From NCBI GenBank assembly GCA_015068925.1, contig SVJP01000002.1, forward strand, positions 1 to 60,449: a stretch of DNA of 60,449 nt, in the 5' to 3' direction. The notes under the pieces were generated by a model, which was not told the DNA's origin, did not search any database, and worked only from the letters and a program-made list of their open reading frames with translations. Positions 37,880 through 46,916 of the stretch are shown here, piece by piece. The stretch's first letter is position 1. Each line of letters opens with the position of its first letter. The stretch comes from Oscillospiraceae bacterium (GTDB lineage Bacteria; Bacillota; Clostridia; HGM11514). The translations under genes and the position numbers were made by a program.

Positions 37880-38522
37880 TTAATAGGGTTGCCCCATGCT
37901 TTTCAAAAAATGCAAGGAAAGAATTAGGCAATTGAGAGCCTGATACCGCAAACAAATTCGGACGGATTTTTGATACACAGCCTCCGATGAACCCATGGTC
38001 AAAGCCCGGTAATAAAATCTCCTCGGGGGAAAGATACAGACAATCAAAACCGCCGCTTTCTGCCGCTTTTGCAATGCTTTTGTCCGAAGTAATCAAAGCA
38101 TTTTCGCTCACTCCCACCACCGAACAGGCAGCATACCCTTGAGAAACGTTGCAGATAGAAACATTTCTCTTTTCAAGCTCTTCCCTGATTCTTCCGTCCA
38201 GAGCTTTTTCCAGACAAAAAGCAGTATTTCCTACCTTCGCTACATTATATGCAATCCTCGACGGGTAGTGCCCGTCCGATTGGGTTTTTCCCGAAAGAAC
38301 CGTAACATCCGTCTCCTTTAAGCATGCTTGATAATATTCATAAAGGTCAGGTGTCACAATCACCGTTTTTTCATCCGGTGCAAAGCATTGCAAATCCGCA
38401 TGATATCGCTCGGGAAGAGGAAAATTTTTCTGTTCTTTTGTAAAAATCGGTTGACACTCCTCACTCTCCAACAATGCCAAAAACGGTTTTGGAGCAAGAG
38501 GGGAAATGATCACATACTTCAT
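37824..38522 (-). CDS. Hypothetical protein (conserved Clostridia-type, function unknown)
   Basis: The ORF extends to 38546. The likely start is MKYVIISP at 38522, 5 nt after GGAGG. I recognised no confident domain. See the findings for a speculative pentein-like motif. Confidence 0.6.
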   Translation of the reverse strand: MKYVIISPLAPKPFLALLESEECQPIFTKEQKNFPLPERYHADLQCFAPDEKTVIVTPDLYEYYQACLKETDVTVLSGKTQSDGHYPSRIAYNVAKVGNTAFCLEKALDGRIREELEKRNVSICNVSQGYAACSVVGVSENALITSDKSIAKAAESGGFDCLYLSPEEILLPGFDHGFIGGCVSKIRPNLFAVSGSQLPNSFLAFFEKHGATLLSVSGQLYDFGGSISPEGK

Positions 38523-38531
38523 AATATCCTC

Positions 38532-38557
38532 CAAAAAGGGCACCAAAAAGGTGCCCT
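38532..38557 (-). terminator. Intrinsic terminator of the 1371-aa LRR gene
   Basis: On the minus strand: AGGGCACC-TTTTT-GGTGCCCT followed by TTTTTGG. It starts 9 nt after the stop codon. Confidence 0.8.
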
Positions 38558-38565
38558 AAGCGTGT

Positions 38566-41500
38566 TTATTCTACCGCGAAGGTATCAGCCTCGGTCAAAG
38601 GCATCATATCTTGCCAAAGGAAGGTTTTTATCACATCGCCCGATTGGATTGTACAAGAAAGAGCAATGTCTACCCCTGTATCATTTTGTGCCTCTATGGT
38701 TGCTTTTTTCATTCCGGTTCCTTTTAGCTTGCCCTCTTTGTCATAAACAGAAGAATAAATGATGCAAGCCACATCCTCGCCCGTATGATTTCCTGCAACA
38801 GAATTGACAATCCATTTTCCGTCTACCTGACTGTAATTCAAAATTTTGCTATAATAGTCTGCCTCTCCGCTTAAACTGGTAATATAGGCATAGCCGTCGT
38901 TGTTTCCCAATGAAATTTCCGTTTGGTCACAGCTTGCCGTTACGTACAGCTGTTTGGTATTTTCCAGGAAAAGCATATCCTTTCGTTCAACGGTAAAAGA
39001 AACCTGCTCTGTCTGTCCTGCAGACAAATGCAACACCCTTTCTTCCAATACCTGTTGTCCGTCCTTTAATTGAACGGTAACATCAGAAGCGGTCTGATAG
39101 CCTATGTTGGAAATATCCGCTGTAATCACAGAATCGTTGGCAGAAACATGTTCTACTGCCACGTCCGCATTCCCTACAAACAAGGAAACTTGGTTGTTTT
39201 TGGTATCATATTCTTCGCCCTCTTGTTGAGAAACTGTTACTTTGATGTTCTGCGGGGTAAAGTTGGAGGGCTTTTTATACACAATGGTAAACTCTGCTGA
39301 TTGTCCGGGAAGAAGAGGTTCGGTTATTTTCTGCTCGGTATTTCCTTCAATTTTTACCGTATAGGCATTCACCGTCAATTCACCGCTGTTTTTCACCGAG
39401 CCGTACACGGTCATGGTTTCCTCATCTACCGTCACATCAGAAAGAGCCAAATCATAAGAAGGAATCACAGAAATCATGTATAAATCCGTCTTTGTAATTT
39501 CGCCGTCTTTGACAATTCCGTTGTTAAAGACCACATCCATAGAGCCGTTTTCATTCAGTAAGCCGGAAGGGTATTTTGCCTGATTTTCAAGCTCCGTTAC
39601 CTGAATTTCGTCACTCCAAACACCGTCCTGCAATAAACAGGTGTAAATTTCGGTGCCCTTCTCTACCGTCTTTTCCCACCAGATAGCAGTATCTCCCTGA
39701 TTGTTGCTGTCCATAACAAATCGGTCATGAAGTCCCGGTTTTGCCTCTGAGAATACAGATTGCAGCTTAGAACCGTCAGCAGCACAAGATTGAATATTCC
39801 CTTCGCTGTAATAATAAAGCAAATTATTTTCAAAAACAGGATTGCTGTCTAACACCTCATTATTCGTCAATTGCCTTTCGGAAAAACCGGAAATTAAGCG
39901 GATATCACGGTCATCCACCGTTCCCAAATCATTGTCGTCATCTGTCACATAAGCAACCGTAAACTGACCGTCCAAAATACCTGCATTTAAGTTTGTAACC
40001 GCAGTTAAATCTGATTTGATTGCTTTGGGAGTTGTCCATGCACTTCCGTTAAAATCAGCCTGCATCAAAGTGTTTTCGCCTGTTACTCCCATAATGTCGC
40101 TTTCGCTGTTAACAGACCACACCGCACTTGCTCCCGTCTTGGTGGCACAAATAACGGGTTGGGTGTCAAGCACCGTGTTATTGGTCAAAGTTTTGGGAGC
40201 ATCAAAGCCGTTGCCGTTCCATTTTGCAACGCAGATTTCTCCCAATGCCCCGATTTTCTCTAAGGTCATGGTGTCAGATAATTTACTTGTTTCGTTTTGC
40301 CAAACCAGATAACCGTCACGGAAACAGGGATAAAAGTCTGCCGTTCCGTCATCATCCACCGCTTTTACCTCAGACCATTGTTTGGTGGAATCATTGTACA
40401 CGGAATACACAAGCATGGTTCTGTCAATGTCGGCTCGTTTCGGGTTATCCCATTGGAGCACCATCACCTTTTTTCCCTCAATTTCACAAATTTGAGGTGC
40501 CGCCTCCGTGTAAATATTATCTGCAATTTTTGCAAGATTTTTGTTGGTATATTCTGCCGCACCGTATCCTTGAATGGGATAGGTGGTAAGCCATAAAGTG
40601 GGTTGTTCTAAATAGTCACGGCTTTCGTTTTCATACACCTTTTCGCTGTCAATAGAGCTCATGAGGCTGTGCTGTTCTATGGATTGCAAAGAAATAGCAT
40701 CATCCTTAATCAACCCCTTGTTACTTCCTGTTTCGTAAATGAGAAAATCTCCCTGGGCGATTTTCTTCTGAGCTACCGTTTTGCCGAATACCTTTACTTT
40801 AAAGCTTGCTTCTCCTTCTCCCCATGCTTTCAGATAATCCTTTCCGATTCCAGATTTAATATTGAGACTTCCTTCTCCGCTTGCCCCTAAGGTTGCTACC
40901 TTAGCAACACCAATTCCGCCTCCTATTTCCGCCATGATTTTTGCCGTTAAATAGGCTTCAAATTCAGGAGTAAAGGTTTCGGGATTAATATTAATCATTT
41001 TTCCTTCCAATTCTGCACCAACACCACCGCCAAATTCATAATAGCAAGGAACAACCCAAATAAACACCTGTCCCTGATAGGTATATTTGAACTCTGCATT
41101 AAAGGTTAAGCACCCTTCGGAAAATCTCCAACCGGAATCTGTTTTTATCATTTCGGCATATCCGGAAACATCTAAAGAGGTATCCATTCCCTTTGAAACA
41201 TTAAACTTTACTTTTTCCGCTTTAAAATTCGGATATTTTGCCTTCATTCGTTGATTGATTGTTTTATTATGCTTTGCACCCTGATATTCCTGCAATGATT
41301 TCTTTGAAGATTCTTTGATTTCTGCTTTCCAGTCAGCAAAGGAAAATCCTTTGAACCGACCGGTGGTTTTATCAATATTACTGTCGCTGATACCAAACGC
41401 AATATTAATCTTGTTGTCATGTTCATACTCAAATGTGACAGGAATAAAATCCATATCAAAACCAAATTCCTTGTTTTCAAAAATCGGAACACCGTCAGGA

Positions 41501-42681
41501 ATTGTAAAACTGAATTTCTTGCCTAATTTGAAAGACAGATTCTTTTCATCAGGAAACAAATCGCCGTCCGCAAAAGAAGAAATTTTCAACTTGGTCTTTT
41601 TCGCAGTGGATTTTCCTGTTTTGCTGTCCGTTGCAAGCAAATAAATTGTATCGCTAGCGTCAAAAATCTTTCCCGGTTGTACTTTTGTGGTACCATTTAC
41701 CGTTAGCTCTTTTACCTTTCCTCTTCCTTGTGTCAGGTACAATTTTACATTTTCGTTTCCGTTGAAATCTACTTCTGCCTTAATACTGACTTCAACATTG
41801 CTATCCTTTGCAATGGTAATTGCCTTGGAAAACAAATCATAATTGCTGCCGTCATGGGTAATGGTGGCTGAGGTGATAATGGGGGCATCATCAGAGGTGG
41901 AATTGGTGCTTCCTTGTGTGCCTGTAATGGCAAAATGAATGGTTGCATTTTTTAAACCGCTATTGTAATCACCAATTGAAATCTGTTCCCACTGACTTTT
42001 GGAACCGGTATAATACACATCGGTTAAGCTGTTACAACGAGAAAACGCAAAAGCCCCAATGGTTGTTACACTGTTGGGGATGGTAATGCTTGTTAAGCTG
42101 TAACAAGCATCAAACGCATAATCCCCAATGCTTGTCACACTGTTGGGGATGGTAATGCTTGTTAAGCTGGAACAATAATAAAACGCATATTCCCCAATGC
42201 TTGTCACACTGTTGGGAATGGTGATGTTCGTTAAGCTGTTACAAGAATAAAACGCATATTCCCCAATGCTTGTCACACTGTTGGGGATGGTAATACTTGT
42301 TAAGCTGTCACAATCAAAAAACGCCCGCTCCCCAATACTTGTCACACTGTTGGGGATGGTAATGCTTGTTAATCTGTCACAATCACCAAACGCACTATAC
42401 CCAATGGTTGTCACACTGTTGGGAATGGTGATGTTCGTTAAGCTGTCACAACGATAAAACGCATATTCCCCAATGGTTGTCACCGGATAACCGCCCAAAG
42501 TTGACGGAATGGTAATAGCACCGCTTGCAGAAGTGTTACAATCTGTAATGGTTGCTTGTCCTCCGGAAACAGTATAAGTATAAATCCCTTCTTTGTAGTA
42601 TGCTACACCATGAACCACGGTTACGGGGAGCATGGCAAAGACCAACACCATACAAAGTAGTAAACTCACTGATTTTTTCAT
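38566..42681 (-). CDS. Giant secreted protein: signal peptide, seven 23-aa BspA-type LRRs, large uncharacterised Gly-rich beta region, propeller-like repeats, CARDB-like domains
   Basis: 1371 aa. The signal peptide ends VVHG. ITIPNSVTSIGEYAFxxCxSLTS recurs 7 times (aa about 56-221). CARDB-like segments include VYGSVKNSGELTVNAYTV and ADISNIGYQTASDVTV. I saw no LPXTG, SLH or choline-binding anchor. Confidence 0.8.
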   Translation of the reverse strand: MKKSVSLLLCMVLVFAMLPVTVVHGVAYYKEGIYTYTVSGGQATITDCNTSASGAITIPSTLGGYPVTTIGEYAFYRCDSLTNITIPNSVTTIGYSAFGDCDRLTSITIPNSVTSIGERAFFDCDSLTSITIPNSVTSIGEYAFYSCNSLTNITIPNSVTSIGEYAFYYCSSLTSITIPNSVTSIGDYAFDACYSLTSITIPNSVTTIGAFAFSRCNSLTDVYYTGSKSQWEQISIGDYNSGLKNATIHFAITGTQGSTNSTSDDAPIITSATITHDGSNYDLFSKAITIAKDSNVEVSIKAEVDFNGNENVKLYLTQGRGKVKELTVNGTTKVQPGKIFDASDTIYLLATDSKTGKSTAKKTKLKISSFADGDLFPDEKNLSFKLGKKFSFTIPDGVPIFENKEFGFDMDFIPVTFEYEHDNKINIAFGISDSNIDKTTGRFKGFSFADWKAEIKESSKKSLQEYQGAKHNKTINQRMKAKYPNFKAEKVKFNVSKGMDTSLDVSGYAEMIKTDSGWRFSEGCLTFNAEFKYTYQGQVFIWVVPCYYEFGGGVGAELEGKMININPETFTPEFEAYLTAKIMAEIGGGIGVAKVATLGASGEGSLNIKSGIGKDYLKAWGEGEASFKVKVFGKTVAQKKIAQGDFLIYETGSNKGLIKDDAISLQSIEQHSLMSSIDSEKVYENESRDYLEQPTLWLTTYPIQGYGAAEYTNKNLAKIADNIYTEAAPQICEIEGKKVMVLQWDNPKRADIDRTMLVYSVYNDSTKQWSEVKAVDDDGTADFYPCFRDGYLVWQNETSKLSDTMTLEKIGALGEICVAKWNGNGFDAPKTLTNNTVLDTQPVICATKTGASAVWSVNSESDIMGVTGENTLMQADFNGSAWTTPKAIKSDLTAVTNLNAGILDGQFTVAYVTDDDNDLGTVDDRDIRLISGFSERQLTNNEVLDSNPVFENNLLYYYSEGNIQSCAADGSKLQSVFSEAKPGLHDRFVMDSNNQGDTAIWWEKTVEKGTEIYTCLLQDGVWSDEIQVTELENQAKYPSGLLNENGSMDVVFNNGIVKDGEITKTDLYMISVIPSYDLALSDVTVDEETMTVYGSVKNSGELTVNAYTVKIEGNTEQKITEPLLPGQSAEFTIVYKKPSNFTPQNIKVTVSQQEGEEYDTKNNQVSLFVGNADVAVEHVSANDSVITADISNIGYQTASDVTVQLKDGQQVLEERVLHLSAGQTEQVSFTVERKDMLFLENTKQLYVTASCDQTEISLGNNDGYAYITSLSGEADYYSKILNYSQVDGKWIVNSVAGNHTGEDVACIIYSSVYDKEGKLKGTGMKKATIEAQNDTGVDIALSCTIQSGDVIKTFLWQDMMPLTEADTFAVE
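42019..42516. repeat. Tandem 69-bp coding repeats (LRR array) in the 1371-aa gene
   Basis: GTCACACTGTTGGGGATGGTAATGCTTGTTAAGCT-type units recur every 69 nt on the plus strand. Confidence 0.85.
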
Positions 42682-42695
42682 AAAAATTCCTCCTC

Positions 42696-42851
42696 AAAAT
42701 AAAAAATGCGCCAGTCGGAACTGACGCATGAAAAACGCAAGCTCCGGCTTTCTGTTGCGACACAGCTCACACCAATACAGGGATATGACAAGCTAAGCAT
42801 ACGTTTTTACCACGTACACCCTGTATGGGAATAATATTAAGCTATGTCGCA
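42696..42851 (-). promoter_or_regulatory. Structured 5' leader RNA with intrinsic terminator, copy A (candidate riboswitch or attenuator)
   Basis: On the minus strand: P1 is GCGACATAGCT (42840..42850) / AGCTGTGTCGC (42757..42767). P2 is ATACAGGG/CCCTGTAT. An inner hairpin TACGT..ACGTA surrounds GGTAAAAACG. GCGTTTTTCATGCG is conserved. The terminator ATGCGTCAG-TTCCGA-CTGGCGCAT (42706..42729) is followed by T6. Copy A is homologous to 56417..56578. Confidence 0.65.
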
Positions 42852-42856
42852 CTTCT

Positions 42857-42885
42857 ATTGTACCATAGTTTGGAAGATTTGTAAA
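42857..42885 (-). promoter_or_regulatory. Sigma-A promoter of the LRR gene, copy A
   Basis: On the minus strand: TTTACA, a 17-nt spacer, then TGgTACAAT, preceded by an A-tract. The architecture and flanks are identical to 56382..56410. Confidence 0.65.
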
Positions 42886-42955
42886 CAATTTTTTTCGCCG
42901 CTGAAACGGTTTTAAATTCCTCTATCCTTGCATACATTACAAAGAGGTGAAAGGC

Positions 42956-43963
42956 ATGAAAAAGGCATATTTAGGATTGGTGTTACTGGTTATTTCCGCA
43001 ATCGGGGTCTTCTTTTGGTATCAAAAAGCGGATCGGGCGGTGGCAAGCGATACCATTAACTGGGTGGATTTTACCGTGACGGCAGAGGCGATGCAATGCG
43101 CCGCTGACTGGGAAATCAAGCACCGTGAGTTGGACTGGATTGCGTTACTTTCTCGGGCGGCAGTGCTTTACGGAGGAGATTTCAAAAAATATGAACAGGA
43201 GGATTTGGATGAGATTGCTCAAAAAGCCTTGGAAGGAACCGCCCCGAGAGACCAGACGGGAAAGGAACTGACCAAATATTATGATTACTATTACGAAGCC
43301 TATTCTGCGGTACTTGGGGAATTTTTGGGAGAGTACACCGTAAACGGAGAAGAACATTTTGGCATCAAAGCCTTTTGCCCCATTGCCAAGGGATACGATT
43401 TTTCCCACTACGACGATTTCGGAACAGGCAGAAATTACGGCTTTGACCGAAAACATTTAGGCCATGACCTGTTGGGCAGCATCGGCACTCCCATTGTGGC
43501 GGTGGAAAGCGGTGTGGTAGAAGCATTGGGCTGGAATCAATACGGCGGATGGCGAGTCGGCATCCGAAGCTTTGACCAAAAGCGATATTATTATTACGCC
43601 CACATGAGAAAAAATCATCCCTATCATTATCAGTTAAAAGAAGGAGATGTTGTGGTGGCAGGAGAGGTGATAGGCTATCTCGGCATGACAGGATACAGCA
43701 CCAAGGAAAACGTGAATAACATTAACGTCCCCCATCTTCATTGGGGAATGCAGCTGATTTTTGACGAATCACAAAAAGATGCCATCAGTGAAATCTGGAT
43801 TGACTGTTATCAGATTACAAAATTTTTAAAGCAAAACCGTTCGAACGTATATCAGGACCCTGCATCTTTGGACTATTTTCCCTCCGACCCTTTTTATGAA
43901 CAAAACTTAGAAGGAAAGGAACTGAAAAACAAAAAAGAGGTTTTGATTATCAACGATAAATAG
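42956..43963 (+). CDS. M23-family metallopeptidase (peptidoglycan endopeptidase-like)
   Basis: The ORF starts at the GTG at 42947. The ATG at 42956 lies 6 nt after GAGGTG. It has an N-terminal TM, HLGHDL, and the C-terminal motif PHLHWGM. Confidence 0.85.
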   Translation: MKKAYLGLVLLVISAIGVFFWYQKADRAVASDTINWVDFTVTAEAMQCAADWEIKHRELDWIALLSRAAVLYGGDFKKYEQEDLDEIAQKALEGTAPRDQTGKELTKYYDYYYEAYSAVLGEFLGEYTVNGEEHFGIKAFCPIAKGYDFSHYDDFGTGRNYGFDRKHLGHDLLGSIGTPIVAVESGVVEALGWNQYGGWRVGIRSFDQKRYYYYAHMRKNHPYHYQLKEGDVVVAGEVIGYLGMTGYSTKENVNNINVPHLHWGMQLIFDESQKDAISEIWIDCYQITKFLKQNRSNVYQDPASLDYFPSDPFYEQNLEGKELKNKKEVLIINDK

Positions 43964-43974
43964 GGGGTGAGAAG

Positions 43975-44832
43975 TTGTTTTTAACCATAAAACTAAAATC
44001 AGCCATTGCCATTCTTTTGGTGGGTATGCTCATGATAACGGGAGGAATTTTTCTGTACCGTCCAAGCCGTTCCGCCTTTTCTGAGCAACAGGAAATAGAA
44101 TTGCCGATTTTGATGTATCATCATATTTTAAAGGATTCTTCCCGTTGGGGCAACTATGTAATCGGTCCCTCAGAGCTGGAACAGGATTTGATTTACCTGA
44201 AAGAAAACGGCTATGAAACGGTCACGGCAGAGGATGTAATTCAGTTTGTATATCAGGGAACGCCGCTCCCCGAAAAACCCGTTATGCTGACCTTTGACGA
44301 TGGTTATTACAGTAATTTTGTCTATGCCCAACCTTTGTTGAAGCAATACGGAATGAAGGGAGTGTTGTTCATTATCGGTCAATATACCGATGATTACAGT
44401 CAAACAGGAGAGGAAAATCCAAACTACTCCCACGTTACCTGGGAGCATTGCCGCGAAATGATAAAAGACGGAACCTTAGAGTTGCAAAACCACACCTATA
44501 ATATGCACAGCTTTACCGCAAAACGACAGGGAAGCGGAAAGCAAAAGGGAGAAACCCTGTGGCAATATCACAATGCGTTATCAAAAGATTTAAAAAAATT
44601 ACAAGATAAATTTCGGCAAGAAACAGGAAAAACTCCTCGTGCTTTTGCTTACCCGTTTGGGATTGTCAGCCCCGAATCGGTGGAAGTATTAAAGGAACTG
44701 GGGTTTTTGGCTGCCTTTACCAGTAACGAAGGAATCAATCAGATTTCTCAAGGGAACACCGAGGATTTATACCATTTAAAACGAATCCTGCGACCCTCGG
44801 GCACATCAGCACAGAATCTTTTAGAACAATAA
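43975..44832 (+). CDS. Polysaccharide deacetylase (NodB homology / CE4) family protein
   Basis: 285 aa with a TTG start after GGGGGTGAG. It has an N-terminal TM and LTFDDGYYS and H..H motifs. Confidence 0.85.
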   Translation: MFLTIKLKSAIAILLVGMLMITGGIFLYRPSRSAFSEQQEIELPILMYHHILKDSSRWGNYVIGPSELEQDLIYLKENGYETVTAEDVIQFVYQGTPLPEKPVMLTFDDGYYSNFVYAQPLLKQYGMKGVLFIIGQYTDDYSQTGEENPNYSHVTWEHCREMIKDGTLELQNHTYNMHSFTAKRQGSGKQKGETLWQYHNALSKDLKKLQDKFRQETGKTPRAFAYPFGIVSPESVEVLKELGFLAAFTSNEGINQISQGNTEDLYHLKRILRPSGTSAQNLLEQ

Positions 44833-44856
44833 AAAGCTCCCCTGCAATCGGGGAGC
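44831..44856 (-). terminator. Intrinsic terminator after the GH130 gene (between convergent genes)
   Basis: GCTCCCC-TGCAATC-GGGGAGC stem (44836..44856), with a T-run on the minus strand (A5 at 44831..44835). Confidence 0.65.
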
Positions 44857-44868
44857 CTGAAAAGTTAT

Positions 44869-45852
44869 TTATTTGGTTACCAATGCCAATAAGTCATTCA
44901 CATGAGCAGTTGCCATACATTCAAAGGTATCCGATGCACCGTAGTACATCTTCACTTCTCCGTCAGGCTCTAACACCATTCCTCCGGGGAACAGTACATT
45001 CTGGCGGAAGCCTTCCTTGGTTTCCCAATGATTTTCAGGATAAATCAAGGGTTTGTCATACATTCCCAATACCTTGGAGGGGTCATTCAAATCCAACAGC
45101 ATAATGCCTGTGGAATAAATTTTCTGCCATTTTTCTTCCCAACCGTTTTTGCCTAATGTAGGGTCAACATCCACGGCATGGAATAAGGTCAGCCATCCCT
45201 TTTCCGTTTTGATGGGAGGTGCTGCAGGACCGATTTTACTGTTGGCAAAGGGAACATGCTCCACACCCAATACCATTTTGGATTTGCCCCAGAACACCAA
45301 ATCAGGAGATTCAGACATCCATACATCCATCCCCGGTGTCAGCCATCCTCTGCCGTCAACAGGCATGGGACGCTCCAGTCTCACATAATTTCCGTTGATT
45401 TTTTCGGGGAACAACACCATGTTACGGTTGTCAGGTACAGACAGGCTCAACACTTCAAAATGTTTAAAATCCTCTGTTACCGCAATACCGCCCCGAACAC
45501 CATGCTGACTGTCTACCGCAAAGCAAACATAAGCTTTGTCGTCAATCACCGTGATTCTGGGGTCATAGGCACGGATAATGTCTTCATTCTTCAGCTCTTC
45601 CATCACAGGCTCAGGCTGAGGCTCCCAATGGATTCCGTCATCGCTGTAAGCCACTCTTAAATCGGTAACACCGGGACGAATAATTTCATTTTCATAATCG
45701 CCGTAATCGTTACGGAACATCATCACATAACGACCCTTCCATTTTGCAACCCCTGCATTAAAGGTCAATGCAACCCCGGGAGCAGAGGTAGTATGAGGGG
45801 TCATAACCGGAGTTTCCAGTTTGGTAATACATTCATGTGTTTGGTAATTCAT
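44869..45852 (-). CDS. GH130 family beta-mannoside phosphorylase/glycosidase
   Basis: The ORF extends to 45945. The likely start is MNYQTHEC at 45852. FNAGV..W.G.Y...FR, DPRITVIDD and YYGASD are motifs typical of GH130. Confidence 0.8.
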   Translation of the reverse strand: MNYQTHECITKLETPVMTPHTTSAPGVALTFNAGVAKWKGRYVMMFRNDYGDYENEIIRPGVTDLRVAYSDDGIHWEPQPEPVMEELKNEDIIRAYDPRITVIDDKAYVCFAVDSQHGVRGGIAVTEDFKHFEVLSLSVPDNRNMVLFPEKINGNYVRLERPMPVDGRGWLTPGMDVWMSESPDLVFWGKSKMVLGVEHVPFANSKIGPAAPPIKTEKGWLTLFHAVDVDPTLGKNGWEEKWQKIYSTGIMLLDLNDPSKVLGMYDKPLIYPENHWETKEGFRQNVLFPGGMVLEPDGEVKMYYGASDTFECMATAHVNDLLALVTK

Positions 45853-45886
45853 TCCTATCATCCTTTCAGAAATTTCCTTTTCTCCC

Positions 45887-45915
45887 AGTATACCACAGAC
45901 AACAGGAAAAGTCAA
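45887..45915 (-). promoter_or_regulatory. Candidate sigma-A promoter of the GH130 gene
   Basis: On the minus strand: TTGACT, a 17-nt spacer, then TGgTATACT. Confidence 0.6.
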
Positions 45916-45923
45916 CGATTTAC

Positions 45924-45958
45924 AAAAAAGAAGACCTTTGCACAAGGCAAAAATCTTC
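45924..45958 (-). terminator. Intrinsic terminator after the 50-aa ORF
   Basis: On the minus strand: GAAGATTTTTGC-CTTGT-GCAAAGGTCTTC forms a 12-bp stem with 2 G-U pairs, followed by TTTTTTG. Confidence 0.7.
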
Positions 45959-46010
45959 TTTTCTTCCTGTTTTACTCGTGCCTCATCCTGCTCGGGGAAT
46001 AGGCTTTTGA

Positions 46011-46163
46011 TTATAAATCATCCGCGTCCTGAACAGGGACCTCATTTTTATTCACAGGCTTTCCCGTATAACTTCCCTGAGGGTCGGAACGTTTCATTTT
46101 GGGAGAAACATAAGAATCAATCACCGATTGAGTTTTGGGATCGGGTCGTAATATTTTTTTCAT
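46011..46163 (-). CDS. Small hypothetical protein (50 aa)
   Basis: The ORF extends to 46217. The ATG at 46163 (MKKILRPDPK...PVQDADDL) lies 5 nt after GAGGTGAG. The gene has its own terminator. Confidence 0.5.
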   Translation of the reverse strand: MKKILRPDPKTQSVIDSYVSPKMKRSDPQGSYTGKPVNKNEVPVQDADDL

Positions 46164-46204
46164 TTTGCTCACCTCACCATTAGTATGAGGTGAACTTTTT
46201 ACTT

Positions 46205-46906
46205 TTATGCAAACCATAAATTTGCTTCAAAGCATTTTTTTCCTTCATTTTTTTGACCGCAAACATACCACATGGTTCCTTCTCGTCCTGTAAACAAAGA
46301 AATGGCTTCCTGATATTTGCACTCTCTGTGATACCGAATCAACAATGACGAAAGAGGTGTTTCCATGGGTGTGCAATTGCAGGCAATATCAGCATACTCC
46401 GCATTGTTCAGATGTTTATTCTGGTCAATCATGGAATAGGCTGCCAAAACTGCACCTGCAGGAGCTACCGTCATTTTCTGAATCCGATGCTTTGGCGGTA
46501 CGGTTTCATCCGCCTCAAACAAGGTGGCAAAACGGGGATCGTAATCTCGTAAAATTTTATTTTCCTTGGTATCCACCAAAATCCAATTGGTATCAATCAC
46601 TCCCTGCAATTCCCCATTTTTCCAAAATTCTGTGGTTCGATAAAAGCAGGCACGATGAGGAGCAAAGGGCTGAGTTCTTATGGTCACCACATCATAAGGA
46701 TGAAGCTGATGATACATGGTCGCCTTCACATCATTGATTAAAAACGCGGTATTGGTTTGATGATGCAGGTCTAAGGTGATTCCCATTTCATCGCTGTGTT
46801 CACGGCTGATTTGCTGTGCCTGACGAAGGAGGGCACTATATTTCATGCAACCTCTGAAATCGCACTCTACACCGGACACCGTAATTTCTTTTTCATAAAT
46901 TTTCAT
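46205..46906 (-). CDS. Acyl-[acyl-carrier-protein] thioesterase
   Basis: 233 aa with a double hot-dog layout. The N-terminus MKIYEKEITVSGVECDFRGCMKYSALL is typical of the FatA/B-like bacterial acyl-ACP thioesterase family. Confidence 0.75.
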   Translation of the reverse strand: MKIYEKEITVSGVECDFRGCMKYSALLRQAQQISREHSDEMGITLDLHHQTNTAFLINDVKATMYHQLHPYDVVTIRTQPFAPHRACFYRTTEFWKNGELQGVIDTNWILVDTKENKILRDYDPRFATLFEADETVPPKHRIQKMTVAPAGAVLAAYSMIDQNKHLNNAEYADIACNCTPMETPLSSLLIRYHRECKYQEAISLFTGREGTMWYVCGQKNEGKKCFEANLWFA

Positions 46907-46916
46907 CTTGTTCTCC

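Noticed and set aside
42019-42516. 69-bp periodic repeats (also at 56825..57460), considered as a possible CRISPR or satellite array.
   Set aside because: They lie entirely within long ORFs and encode 23-aa BspA-type LRR units. No repeat-spacer structure is present.
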